DNA of 61,567 bases, filler included, from an uncultured Methanosarcinales archaeon (GTDB lineage: Archaea; Nanobdellota; Nanobdellia; Woesearchaeales; GW2011-AR9): NCBI GenBank assembly GCA_964434885.1. It is 12 parts of 12 records of this genome, joined end to end, with 100 filler letters (N's around TTAATTAATTAA, not from the genome) between each part and the next. Parts side by side here need not be neighbours in the genome. Positions count along the whole stretch, not along the records: positions 6,906 to 13,407 come from CAYSWQ010000050.1; positions 13,508 to 19,995 come from CAYSWQ010000051.1; 10 more parts are not named here. One strand, given 5' to 3'. Made by a program: the position numbers and the translations under genes. Every line of letters starts with the position of its first letter. The stretch's first letter is position 1. Under the pieces are notes generated by a model that had not been told where the DNA came from, did no database searches, and saw nothing but the letters and a program-made list of their open reading frames with translations. Positions 9,770 to 18,479 of this stretch are shown in pieces.

Positions 9770-10966
9770 ATGCGAATAAAAAGAGCGAGATATAAAGAGT
9801 TGGAGAAGTTTCCTAGTTTTAATTTTAAGAAAGAATTTAAAGAAGATTTCTTTGGTTCTTCACCTGCCCCTTTTATTGGAAGGTTTGGTTATCCTCAAGT
9901 GAATATTGGGGTTTTGAGTCCACAAATTTCAGAGAAGACTGGGATTTTTGATAATCCTAAACAATGGAGTAAGCAAAGTTATTCTATCCCTAAAATTGCA
10001 GGTATGCGTTACCAAATGGTTAATTCTCGTGAGCAAGCTAAAATTATGATTGGGGAAAATAAAAGGAATAAATTGTTAGAGGTTTGTCAGGAAGTGGGAA
10101 TGGCTTCTAAACCAGTAGAATTAGAAGTGAATCTAGGAAATAAACCAAAATTAAGATTGGAAAAGGAAAGTGAAATTATTCCTTTTGGTCCTTCGGGAAA
10201 ATTAAAGAAGATTAAGATTACTGAAAACTCGAAGATTGATCAAAAAGTTGATTATGTGGTTTCTGATACTGATTTGAAGGCTGTTTCTGGTGTTTTGGAT
10301 TTGTATAAAAAAGGTTTTGATCAAAATTTTTTAACCAAATTAATTTCTGTAGGTAATTTGGGTTTGAAGAAAAATCGTAGATTGGTTCCGACTAGATGGT
10401 CTATAACTGCCATTGATGATACAGTGGGAAAAGATTTGATTAATGAGGTTAAAAAATATTCAGTTGGTGATTATTCTTGTTATTTTGGTGGTGGATGGGG
10501 AAATTATTATTTGGTGTTGTTTTTTCCTGAAGTTTGGTCATATGAATTATTTGAGATGTATTTGGGATATAAAGTTAATCCTTGGTCTAGTGCAAGTAAT
10601 TTTTATTCTACTGATTATGAAAATTACAATGGTCGGAAGGAATATGCTAAAGAATGTGCTGGTGGATATTATGCAGCCAGAATTTCTATCTTGGAAAAAA
10701 TGAAAGAAAAGAAAAAACAACAATCTGCCTTGGTTTTACGTTTTATTACTCCAGAATACAATGTTCCTTTGGGAGTGTGGGTGTGTAGGGAAGCGACAAA
10801 GAAAAGTTTGGAAGAGAAGCCATTGAGTTTTGGTAGTGAGGAATTAATGTTGAAATACGCTACTGAATTGATTAAAAGGAAATTTGATTTTGATTTAGGA
10901 TTGTTGTTGAAAGAGAGTAAGTTGTTGAAAGAGAAGAAAGTGCAAAGGAAGTTAAGTGAGTTTTGA
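9770..10966 (+). CDS. nreA: Nre family DNA repair protein
   Basis: GSSP.PFIGRFGYP, LVPTRWSITAIDD, GGYYAAR, PLGVWVCRE; C-terminal PIP box QRKLSEF. Confidence 0.92.
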   Translation: MRIKRARYKELEKFPSFNFKKEFKEDFFGSSPAPFIGRFGYPQVNIGVLSPQISEKTGIFDNPKQWSKQSYSIPKIAGMRYQMVNSREQAKIMIGENKRNKLLEVCQEVGMASKPVELEVNLGNKPKLRLEKESEIIPFGPSGKLKKIKITENSKIDQKVDYVVSDTDLKAVSGVLDLYKKGFDQNFLTKLISVGNLGLKKNRRLVPTRWSITAIDDTVGKDLINEVKKYSVGDYSCYFGGGWGNYYLVLFFPEVWSYELFEMYLGYKVNPWSSASNFYSTDYENYNGRKEYAKECAGGYYAARISILEKMKEKKKQQSALVLRFITPEYNVPLGVWVCREATKKSLEEKPLSFGSEELMLKYATELIKRKFDFDLGLLLKESKLLKEKKVQRKLSEF

Positions 10967-10969
10967 AGA

Positions 10970-11818
10970 TTAATTTTTAGTAATTATTCTTTTCTTTTTC
11001 TCTGGTTGACTTAAGTAATTTTGAGAAGTACTTACTTTTTTTCCAGATTCTCTTTCTAATTTCTTACGAGCTTCTCCAGCAATAGTTCCCCCTTTCTCAG
11101 CAGAGATTTTATTTTCATTAAAACCCTGAGCATTTTTATTTATAGTGATTTCAGTAGTAGAAGCTTCTCCCAACATTGTAAAAATTAACTCCAAATCATT
11201 CATATGGTCTCTAAGATTTTCTCTTTCTAATTTCTTAAATTCCACATATTCACTAGGGGTCATTCCAAAAGTGGCTTTGGAAATCTCGGCAGTTAAAATA
11301 GAATATTCTTTTTGAGTTTTCACTCCTCTCTGGTCCCATTCGTCGGTTAATTCATCTCTAATTGCTATTCCTCGAACTCGTTTTTCAATCCATGCTTTAG
11401 AATAACCTTTTTGCAAGTAAATATCTTTCATCCTTTTTTGAGCTAGTTCTGGGTTTTCTATTTCTTTTATCCGGTCATAACCAACTCTAGCTAACCATAT
11501 TTTGAAGGGTTCTGCTTTTTTGGAAGGAATAGATTGGATTATTCTAAATATTCCTTCAGGATTAGCACAATTTAGGTTTTGCCTTCCTCCTCTAGTTTTA
11601 ATAGGAAGGGGGGTGGCAATTTTCCTCCACCCTTTAGATAATTCTTCATCACGGCGTCTCATATCTTTAATATAACCTTTAGGATCCTTAGAATTTGTTA
11701 AGATAAATACCACATCTTGAATAACAAACCACCATTCTTTTTGATGCCAAATTCTTCTTACATTTTCCCCTTGAAAAACCACTAAAGAATTGTTTTCCTC
11801 TGTTTTTTCGTTATCCAT
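10970..11818 (-). CDS. Bro-N domain protein (phage antirepressor-like)
   Basis: WWFVIQDVV, IFRIIQSIPSKKAEPFKIWLA, NLRDHMNDLELIF. Confidence 0.88.
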   Translation of the reverse strand: MDNEKTEENNSLVVFQGENVRRIWHQKEWWFVIQDVVFILTNSKDPKGYIKDMRRRDEELSKGWRKIATPLPIKTRGGRQNLNCANPEGIFRIIQSIPSKKAEPFKIWLARVGYDRIKEIENPELAQKRMKDIYLQKGYSKAWIEKRVRGIAIRDELTDEWDQRGVKTQKEYSILTAEISKATFGMTPSEYVEFKKLERENLRDHMNDLELIFTMLGEASTTEITINKNAQGFNENKISAEKGGTIAGEARKKLERESGKKVSTSQNYLSQPEKKKRIITKN

Positions 11819-11923
11819 ATAATTTAGCAGATGTACTTATTTATATATTCTACCTGGACTTGTCCACTTGTCCACTGATTGTTTTATCAAAGAAATCACT
11901 AAGTGATAGAAACAGTTGTTTTA

Positions 11924-12469
11924 TTATTGCATTAGTTTTTTTAAACTATCTATTACTTTTTGTTCCTGTTCAATTCGCCATTTTAATAGTTCTTTCATTT
12001 GATCATTATCGTAACCAATAATTTTGTATCCCATTATAAAAGCAGCCCTTAATCCTTCAATTGGGGGATTATGCTGGGGTTTTAAATTTGTCATTTCCTT
12101 AAGATTATAATCTGAAACTTCACAACCATCGGACGGAATATTTTTGTAATCTGGTTCACTGGGCTGAACAATAGCGAGTGTTGAGATTGTTTGGATCAAA
12201 TATTTCTTCGGTTTTAGTATAACAACTCCTTCTTCTGGAGGTTCTATTTTCATACTGACCCTTGATTTTTTGCTTTCCCCTTCTATATATGCAAAACATA
12301 TTTTTGTATTGGATTGACATAACCAAGTAAAATTACGTGTGGTAACATAACCACTACACTGAACTTCGATTGGAAAACTAAGATTATAAACTTTATCTCT
12401 GCGGTGATCTACAAGGCCTTTTACTCTATCAACTAATTCATCCAATGTATTTAGTGTAGTTGGTTTCAT
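11924..12469 (-). CDS. Hypothetical protein
   Basis: 181-aa ORF with upstream TATA; no motif. Confidence 0.65.
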   Translation of the reverse strand: MKPTTLNTLDELVDRVKGLVDHRRDKVYNLSFPIEVQCSGYVTTRNFTWLCQSNTKICFAYIEGESKKSRVSMKIEPPEEGVVILKPKKYLIQTISTLAIVQPSEPDYKNIPSDGCEVSDYNLKEMTNLKPQHNPPIEGLRAAFIMGYKIIGYDNDQMKELLKWRIEQEQKVIDSLKKLMQ

Positions 12470-12589
12470 TTTTTAGATTAATTTTTATTTAATTATGCAT
12501 CATTACTTATAAATTTTTCTATATTAACTACTAATAGGTAATCAATTCAAAAAACAAACTCTTATAAAAAAACTAATTTTTGTTTTGAT

Positions 12590-13015
12590 ATGAGATATAG
12601 AAAGAAAGTTTATGGTTCTTATAAAAGGATCACTTGTCCTTTTTGTGAGCGGGGAGCTACACATAAGAATGAACAAGGTTTGGATGTGTGTCATAAGCAC
12701 ACCAAAGAGGTTTTTCAAGAGATTAAGTGTTTATGTGGTTCTTGGTTGGAATTAAGATCGGGAAAGTTTGGTGCTTATTTTAATTGTATTAAATGTGGGA
12801 ATATGAATTATGATAAGGCGATGACAATAAAAGAAAGAACAGATAAGAGATTTGCTGGGGAAATTGAAAAGAATAAACCAGAACTTTCTGAAAGTAAAAA
12901 TAATAATTTTGAAAAAGAATGTTATGGGTCAACTAATAATTTTAATAAAAAAAGAGAAAAGAATAAACCTAAAGAAATAATTATTACTTCTAATGATGTT
13001 GAGTATTTTGATTAG
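12590..13015 (+). CDS. Zn-ribbon-containing hypothetical protein
   Basis: CPFC...CHKH and CLCG...RSGKFGAYFNCIKC (topoisomerase C4-ribbon-like). Confidence 0.75.
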   Translation: MRYRKKVYGSYKRITCPFCERGATHKNEQGLDVCHKHTKEVFQEIKCLCGSWLELRSGKFGAYFNCIKCGNMNYDKAMTIKERTDKRFAGEIEKNKPELSESKNNNFEKECYGSTNNFNKKREKNKPKEIIITSNDVEYFD

Positions 13016-13300
13016 TTATTTTTTCCAAGTGATTTTTGGTATTCTTCCGCCTTTGAAAATATAAGCAGAGATAATTAAAGCAATTCCTAAGATGATAGAA
13101 GGGAAGAGAAAATCATATTCTTTAACCACAATTTCTTTTGGGAATTGATGACATTCGTAATCTGAACCACAATAACTATTCTTAGAACAATCTTTATTTG
13201 TTTTGCATTCTCTTTGAGAAACATCCATCACATAAACTATTAATATGATTAGACATAATACTAAAATAATGGCCATTGGACCAACCGCTTTTTTGTTCAT
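13016..13300 (-). CDS. Small membrane protein with 4-Cys extracellular module
   Basis: MNKKA + hydrophobic stretch; CKTNKDCSKNSYCGSDYEC; C-terminal TM. Confidence 0.7.
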   Translation of the reverse strand: MNKKAVGPMAIILVLCLIILIVYVMDVSQRECKTNKDCSKNSYCGSDYECHQFPKEIVVKEYDFLFPSIILGIALIISAYIFKGGRIPKITWKK

Positions 13301-13380
13301 ATCTTAATTGGAAAGTGATTTGTTTTTAAAGATTTGTGAAGTTGAAAGGATATTGTAGTATCACGTTTTAAGGGCACAGT

Positions 13381-13405
13381 ATAATACATCTTGGTGATGT
13401 ATTAT
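13381..13405. repeat. Perfect 10-bp inverted repeat at contig end
   Basis: ATAATACATC-TTGGT-GATGTATTAT. Confidence 0.6.
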
Positions 13406-13542
13406 GTNNNNNNNNNNNNNNNNNNNNNNNNNNNNNNNNNNNNNNNNNNNNTTAATTAATTAANNNNNNNNNNNNNNNNNNNNNNNNNNNNNNNNNNNNN
13501 NNNNNNNTAGATTTCTCAATAGTAGTAATTTTCTTTACAGAA

Positions 13543-14184
13543 ATGAAAAATTACAAAATAAACAAAGATTTGGCGGAGGAAACAGGCATACATATTGGTG
13601 ATGGAAGTATGAATATCTATAATGGAGTTTATTGTTATACTCTTGCATGTCATCATGTAGATGATAAAGAATACATTGATCAACACATCATCAATTTGTA
13701 TGAAAAAATTTATGGAATAAAATTAAGTCCCAAGATTTGGTCAAAAGGTGCGTATGGTTTTAGAATCCACAATAAAAATATTGTCAAATTTAAAAAAGAA
13801 GTTCTTAAATTACCTTATGGAAAAAAGAGCAACATAATTATTCCTCAACAAATATTAGAAAAAGAAGATTTAAAAAAATCATTTTTGAAAGGTTTTATTG
13901 ATACTGATGGAGGAGTAAATACTTTTTTAGCAAATAAAAATAAAATATATCCTCGGATAGAAATGTGTAATATTTCAAAAGAATTGATGTATCAAATAAA
14001 TTCTATGTTGCATGAGTTTGGATTTAGAACTTCTATTTGGCGCATAAATAAAAACAAACCAAATTGGAATGAAGGTTTAAGAATCACCATAAATGGTTTT
14101 GAAATGGTTAAAAAATGGGTTGATGAAATTGGTTTTAGCAATCCCAAACATATTAAAAAAATAAAAAAATTAGGAATTCTTTAG
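13543..14184 (+). CDS. Free-standing two-motif LAGLIDADG homing endonuclease-like protein
   Basis: LAEETGIHIGDG and FLKGFIDTDG; C-terminal IGFSNPKH; frame open to the contig edge. Confidence 0.88.
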   Translation: MKNYKINKDLAEETGIHIGDGSMNIYNGVYCYTLACHHVDDKEYIDQHIINLYEKIYGIKLSPKIWSKGAYGFRIHNKNIVKFKKEVLKLPYGKKSNIIIPQQILEKEDLKKSFLKGFIDTDGGVNTFLANKNKIYPRIEMCNISKELMYQINSMLHEFGFRTSIWRINKNKPNWNEGLRITINGFEMVKKWVDEIGFSNPKHIKKIKKLGIL

Positions 14185-14222
14185 TAACTTTTTTAAATAA
14201 CTTCTTTATTTTGATTTAATAT

Positions 14223-14324
14223 GCCCCTGTAGCATAGTAGCTATTGCGGCAGGGTTTTATCGTCGAAACTTGTAGCTATGTGCAAGCGATCTGCAGGTCG
14301 GGAGTGCAATTCTCCCCAGGGGCT
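14223..14324 (+). tRNA. tRNA-Thr(UGU) with two introns (30/31: 14253-14267; 37/38: 14275-14288)
   Basis: Acceptor GCCCCTG/CAGGGGC; removing both introns gives GCAGA-CTTGTAA-TCTGC; T arm GGGAG/CTCCC; BHB central helices CGGC/GTCG and CTTG/CAAG. Confidence 0.82.
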
Positions 14325-14377
14325 TATTTCTATTTATCTCCAAAACAATTAAAAATATACATTAAATAATCATTTAA

Positions 14378-15235
14378 ATGGTTAATGATAAAAAATTTAC
14401 CCAAGAATTCGAACAAAAAGTAAAAGAAACAATCAAAAAGCACAAACTATGCAACAAAAAAGAAAAAATAATTGTAGCTTGCTCTGGGGGGAAAGATTCT
14501 ACTACTGTTCTGTATTTATTACATAAATGGGGATACAACATCGAAGCATTAATTATAGATCTTTTAATCGGAAAATGGTCAGATCAAAATTTACAAAATA
14601 TCAAACAATTCTGTCAAGAACAAAAAATCAAACTTCATGAAGTTAATCTGCGAGATGAATTTGGTTGTTCCATGTGTTTTATGCGTTCTGGAATTCAGAA
14701 AAAAGTAAAATTAAACAATTGTCTTATTTGTGGAATTATCAAGCGATGGTTATTGAACAAGAAAACAAGAGAAATGAAAGCTGATAAAATTGTTACTGGA
14801 CATAATTTAGATGATGCTGCCGAAACTTTCATGATGAATTTGTTGAAAGGAAACATGAGATTAAATATTGGACAAGGTCCCGCTACAGGCGTTATCAAAG
14901 ACAAGAAATTTGTTCCACGAATTAAACCATTATATTTTTGTCTAAATGAAGAAGTTAAAAGATATTCTGATATTAAAAAATTCCCAGTTCTTTATGATGA
15001 ATGTCCTTGTTCTGTAGAAGTATTTAGAAAAAAAATTAGGAGAAATTTAACAGAATTAGAAAAGAAAAACCCGCAAGTTAAAATTAATATAGTGAACAAT
15101 TTCATTAATTTATTGCCTTCTTTAAAGAAAAAATACAAAACTACTGAAAAATTAAATTACTGCACTGCTTGTGGTGAACCTAGTCGAAAAGATTTCTGTA
15201 AGATGTGTGAATTAGTTAAAATTTGGAAAGAATAA
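14378..15235 (+). CDS. ttuA: tRNA 2-thiolation protein, TtuA/Ncs6 (TIGR00269) family
   Basis: PP-loop SGGKDS, CLICG, GHNLDD, RIKPL, CP, C-terminal CxxCG...CKMC. Confidence 0.88.
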   Translation: MVNDKKFTQEFEQKVKETIKKHKLCNKKEKIIVACSGGKDSTTVLYLLHKWGYNIEALIIDLLIGKWSDQNLQNIKQFCQEQKIKLHEVNLRDEFGCSMCFMRSGIQKKVKLNNCLICGIIKRWLLNKKTREMKADKIVTGHNLDDAAETFMMNLLKGNMRLNIGQGPATGVIKDKKFVPRIKPLYFCLNEEVKRYSDIKKFPVLYDECPCSVEVFRKKIRRNLTELEKKNPQVKINIVNNFINLLPSLKKKYKTTEKLNYCTACGEPSRKDFCKMCELVKIWKE

Positions 15236-15242
15236 AAAAAAG

Positions 15243-15429
15243 TGTGGGGGAAGGGATTTGAACCCTCGGACTCACTAAGAGACAGGATATCTTTTTCATC
15301 GAGCAAAGCTCTCCACACTTAAGTGAAACTTAAGTCCTGCGCGTTTAGTCACTTGATTTAAGTAGACATTGCATAAGCACTGCGCCACTGTAATAAAACC
15401 AAATGTTGACCAGACTTCGCTACCCCCAC
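15243..15429 (-). tRNA. tRNA-Leu(UAA) with D-loop intron (15345-15405) and 37/38 intron (15289-15328)
   Basis: Acceptor GTGGGGG/CCCCCAC-A; CAGGA-CTTAAG|A-TCCTG; long variable arm; GGTTCAAATCC; BHB GGTC/GACT at the D-loop intron. Confidence 0.88.
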
Positions 15430-15532
15430 ATCTGATCTGCTAACAGGTGTCTCATTTTAGTGATTAACAAAGAAAAACCTCAATTGTTTTAAAAAGTTTT
15501 TGTGTTTTTTTAAGCACACCACAATAACTAAA

Positions 15533-16864
15533 TCAAAAATCATTCGGAGCTATAATTTTACGTAATCTTCTTATCCTTCTTTTCTTTCTTTCTCCAAATT
15601 GTCCTCTTAAAACTCCACTAACTTTGAGAACGTCTTCTATTGATTCAAGTTGTTGTTTAACTAATCTTTTAGTTTTAAAATCTGGAGCAAGAGGACCTTC
15701 CATCAAAGTCTCCCAACCTTCACCACCCCTATAACGGTAATGTTCAAAGAAATCTTGAAACATACAATTGAATCTATTCTCCAAAAAACGTTCTTTTAAT
15801 TCTCCATCATCTTTTAAATCTGATTCTTCCCTTCGACCCACCAGTTTTCGTATTTCGTAAGGGTTTTTTTGACAGTAATTTGCATATAATCTAAGTGACT
15901 CTTTTATTCTAGCTGCTAGCAATCTAGAGTGCCTACCTGGAAACTCTTTTGGAGAAAGTCCAATTCCTGCAAAGTATTCATTGCCCATCATTATTGATCG
16001 TTTTTCTTCTCCTGGTTTGAATTGTGACCTATAAACATTATAAATAATATTGACTAAATCGATATCGCTACCTGGACCCAATCGTACTCGAGGAAAATCA
16101 ATAACTCTTATTTTTTCTTCAGTAGGAATATAAAATATGTTTTGAGGTTTTGCTTCTGCCCAAACAAAACTGGCTTCGTTGTTTGTTAAATTTAGATCTC
16201 TTTCAATAATTTCTTCAACTTCAGTTTTAAGATCTATTCCTCTAGTATCTAGGAATCTAGAAACTTGTGTACGAATTTTTTTAGGATTCAAATCTTGGTG
16301 ATTGATCCCCCGATCTGTCAAATAATCTTCAAAATCTGTACTTTCGTAATAAATGATGGCTTGAAAATAATTTAACCATCTACCAACTTCTTCGTTTCGG
16401 TTTCTTGTTTTTAATCCAATTCTATTTTTTCTTTTCTTATTCCTGCTAGCGACTTTGATTGTTTTTAAATGTTCATTACAAACAGAATGATAAGTGGCCA
16501 AGATTTGCACCATTTGTTCAGTTAAAATGTCTGGATCAGATCCTGGTTTCAGCATAACTTCTTCAAAAGTTGGGTGACCAATATATTCCATCCTAATATT
16601 TAATGTACGGCCATCGGAATCAATATATTCGGGAACTATTCTTGGATTAATTTCTGAAAGGGCAGATAAAATGGCTGCTTCAATTTTGAAAAAATGTCTT
16701 CTTCTCTCTGAATCATAAGTAGATAAATGAACACAGTCTTCTCTCCCAAACAATTCTAAATAAGCTCCATTGGCTCGCCTTTCTGGATTATAACATTTAT
16801 AGACTAAACCATCTTCTTTATAAACAACACTTTCTCTTCCAATGCTTAGTATTTCCTTTTCCAT
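15533..16864 (-). CDS. Protein-kinase-like (APH/RIO-like fold) protein with degenerate catalytic loop
   Basis: IGRESVVYK, VYK, VPEY, MEYI, WAEAKPQNI, VIDF. Confidence 0.65.
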   Translation of the reverse strand: MEKEILSIGRESVVYKEDGLVYKCYNPERRANGAYLELFGREDCVHLSTYDSERRRHFFKIEAAILSALSEINPRIVPEYIDSDGRTLNIRMEYIGHPTFEEVMLKPGSDPDILTEQMVQILATYHSVCNEHLKTIKVASRNKKRKNRIGLKTRNRNEEVGRWLNYFQAIIYYESTDFEDYLTDRGINHQDLNPKKIRTQVSRFLDTRGIDLKTEVEEIIERDLNLTNNEASFVWAEAKPQNIFYIPTEEKIRVIDFPRVRLGPGSDIDLVNIIYNVYRSQFKPGEEKRSIMMGNEYFAGIGLSPKEFPGRHSRLLAARIKESLRLYANYCQKNPYEIRKLVGRREESDLKDDGELKERFLENRFNCMFQDFFEHYRYRGGEGWETLMEGPLAPDFKTKRLVKQQLESIEDVLKVSGVLRGQFGERKKRRIRRLRKIIAPNDF

Positions 16865-16951
16865 TATTTAAAGATTATTCTCAATAAAATATTATTTAAT
16901 TGAGTTGTATTTATAAAATTTTCTTAAGTTTTTACTTAAAAGTAAGAACTA

Positions 16952-17911
16952 TTAAAAAGGAGCATTTTGGTAGATTAATCGACCAATTGAATTAACATCA
17001 ACCACTAATGCTTTAGTACTATGCATTAAATAACCTATCAATGGAATGTTTCTATTTTTAGCAAAGAAAGCTTCACATTCTTCAATTAATTTTCCTCTTC
17101 TATCTACAACTTCATGTGCGATTTCGATGTTATTATTATAAAATGCTTTTAATAATTCAAGATAATCTTTTTCAATTTTTTCTAATAACTGAATAAATTC
17201 TTTTTTACTTGTTTTGCTAAACTTTATTTCTTTCATATAACGTGCAATTCTTTTGATTCCATCTCCCACTTGTTCAATATTAAAAGACATCCACCAGCGA
17301 TTAAAAAGGCCTATTTGGTCAAGATTAAAATTTTTCAATAAAGCCACAGGGTTCTCCATTCCGAACCACACAATTCTATAAACTAAAAAACGAAATTTAT
17401 TAATATCTTTATCTCTCAAATAAATACTCTCACAATTATCTTCTTTGAACATATTTTTACAATCACTAAACATAGATCTACTAATAATGTCCATCTTACG
17501 AATAATCTGATCTATAGAAATATCATTTAAACTCAAAAAATCCTTAGCTACAATTTTTTTTGAATCTTGTTCAACAATTTCTAACGCCACTAATTTTTGA
17601 ACAAACTCTTGGATTTCTTTTGCTTTATCTTTAATCTCTTTTCCCATTAAGATAATTGTTTTAAAATTACGAATATAAGAAGCAATAATTTCCCTTTGTA
17701 TTCTTTTTAACTTCTTACCTTCAATATTTATTACAATTTCTTTTTCTTCTTTTTCTTTTTCTAATTGTTTAGGCATCAACACTAAATTAGTATCTGTTTC
17801 ATCAAAATGAATAATGTCTCCTTTCTTTAATTTATGTTTATCAATCCAAGGTTTAGGTAAAGAAACCACAAAACTACTTTTCCCGAAAGAGATTAGTTTT
17901 CTATATTCCAT
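16952..17911 (-). CDS. phoU: AbrB-domain PhoU-family regulator
   Basis: RKLISFGKSSFVVSLPKPW N-terminus; IIASYI, LEIVEQ, IEQVGD PhoU-like repeats. Confidence 0.88.
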   Translation of the reverse strand: MEYRKLISFGKSSFVVSLPKPWIDKHKLKKGDIIHFDETDTNLVLMPKQLEKEKEEKEIVINIEGKKLKRIQREIIASYIRNFKTIILMGKEIKDKAKEIQEFVQKLVALEIVEQDSKKIVAKDFLSLNDISIDQIIRKMDIISRSMFSDCKNMFKEDNCESIYLRDKDINKFRFLVYRIVWFGMENPVALLKNFNLDQIGLFNRWWMSFNIEQVGDGIKRIARYMKEIKFSKTSKKEFIQLLEKIEKDYLELLKAFYNNNIEIAHEVVDRRGKLIEECEAFFAKNRNIPLIGYLMHSTKALVVDVNSIGRLIYQNAPF

Positions 17912-17968
17912 TTTTCAAAAACATCCAAAACCCATTAAACAATTCAAAACTAACTATATACTGAAGAT

Positions 17969-18009
17969 ATAGTATATATACTATTAGGGATATGTATTTA
18001 TATATAAAT
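17969..18009. promoter_or_regulatory. Perfect 16-bp palindrome plus symmetric TATA in divergent promoter
   Basis: ATAGTATATATACTAT (17969-17984) and ATTTATATATAAAT (17996-18009). Confidence 0.5.
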
Positions 18010-18049
18010 GTTTTTATAATTTATGCAACAGACTAGGGGGTGGTCTATT

Positions 18050-18229
18050 ATGTATCCAAAAGGTAAATTTTTTAGAAGTGGTTCTATGGTTGATAGTTTA
18101 ACTTGTTATCGAGAAAGAGAAAAAGTTGTCCATGATGTTAAGAATGGAATAATCAGTTCAGCTGAAGGTGGTTTTTTAAATGGTTACCATGAGGCCAGTA
18201 TCTATTCTGAAGAGGAAGAAGAGGAATAG
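18050..18229 (+). CDS. Small hypothetical protein, acidic tail
   Basis: GGGGGTGG SD-like sequence before ATG 18050; ends EEEEEE. Confidence 0.6.
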   Translation: MYPKGKFFRSGSMVDSLTCYREREKVVHDVKNGIISSAEGGFLNGYHEASIYSEEEEEE

Positions 18230-18230
18230 C

Positions 18231-18416
18231 ATGTTTTCAGAAGGATTAAATGAACTTTTAGGTATTTCTGATCATGAATTAATTAGGTTAATTGCTAAGG
18301 CTAGAGCGGAAAGAAAAGAAGAAGTTGAATTTGTAGTAAATGGGGAACAGATTAAAGTAAAATTAAACCATATTGATCCAGACCATACACATAACTGGAT
18401 GGAAGAGGGTTGGTAA
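18231..18416 (+). CDS. Small hypothetical protein
   Basis: ATG one base after the upstream stop, preceded by GAGGA. Confidence 0.6.
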   Translation: MFSEGLNELLGISDHELIRLIAKARAERKEEVEFVVNGEQIKVKLNHIDPDHTHNWMEEGW

Positions 18417-18479
18417 TTTTTTTAGAACAACAAACATTTTTTCATAGTAAGATTTAAAACACTCATGGGTTTTACTTAG

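Noticed and set aside
11855..11876. TGGACTTGTCCACTTGTCCACT short palindrome and tandem repeat upstream of the Bro-N gene
   Set aside because: Single short occurrence with no integrase or second att-like copy to support a prophage boundary.
14223..14324. tRNA-Tyr(GUA) or a single-intron tRNA
   Set aside because: Only the two-intron Thr(UGU) reading gives a 7-nt loop, a perfect anticodon stem and BHB motifs at both junctions; the G1-C72 pair and short variable loop fit Thr.
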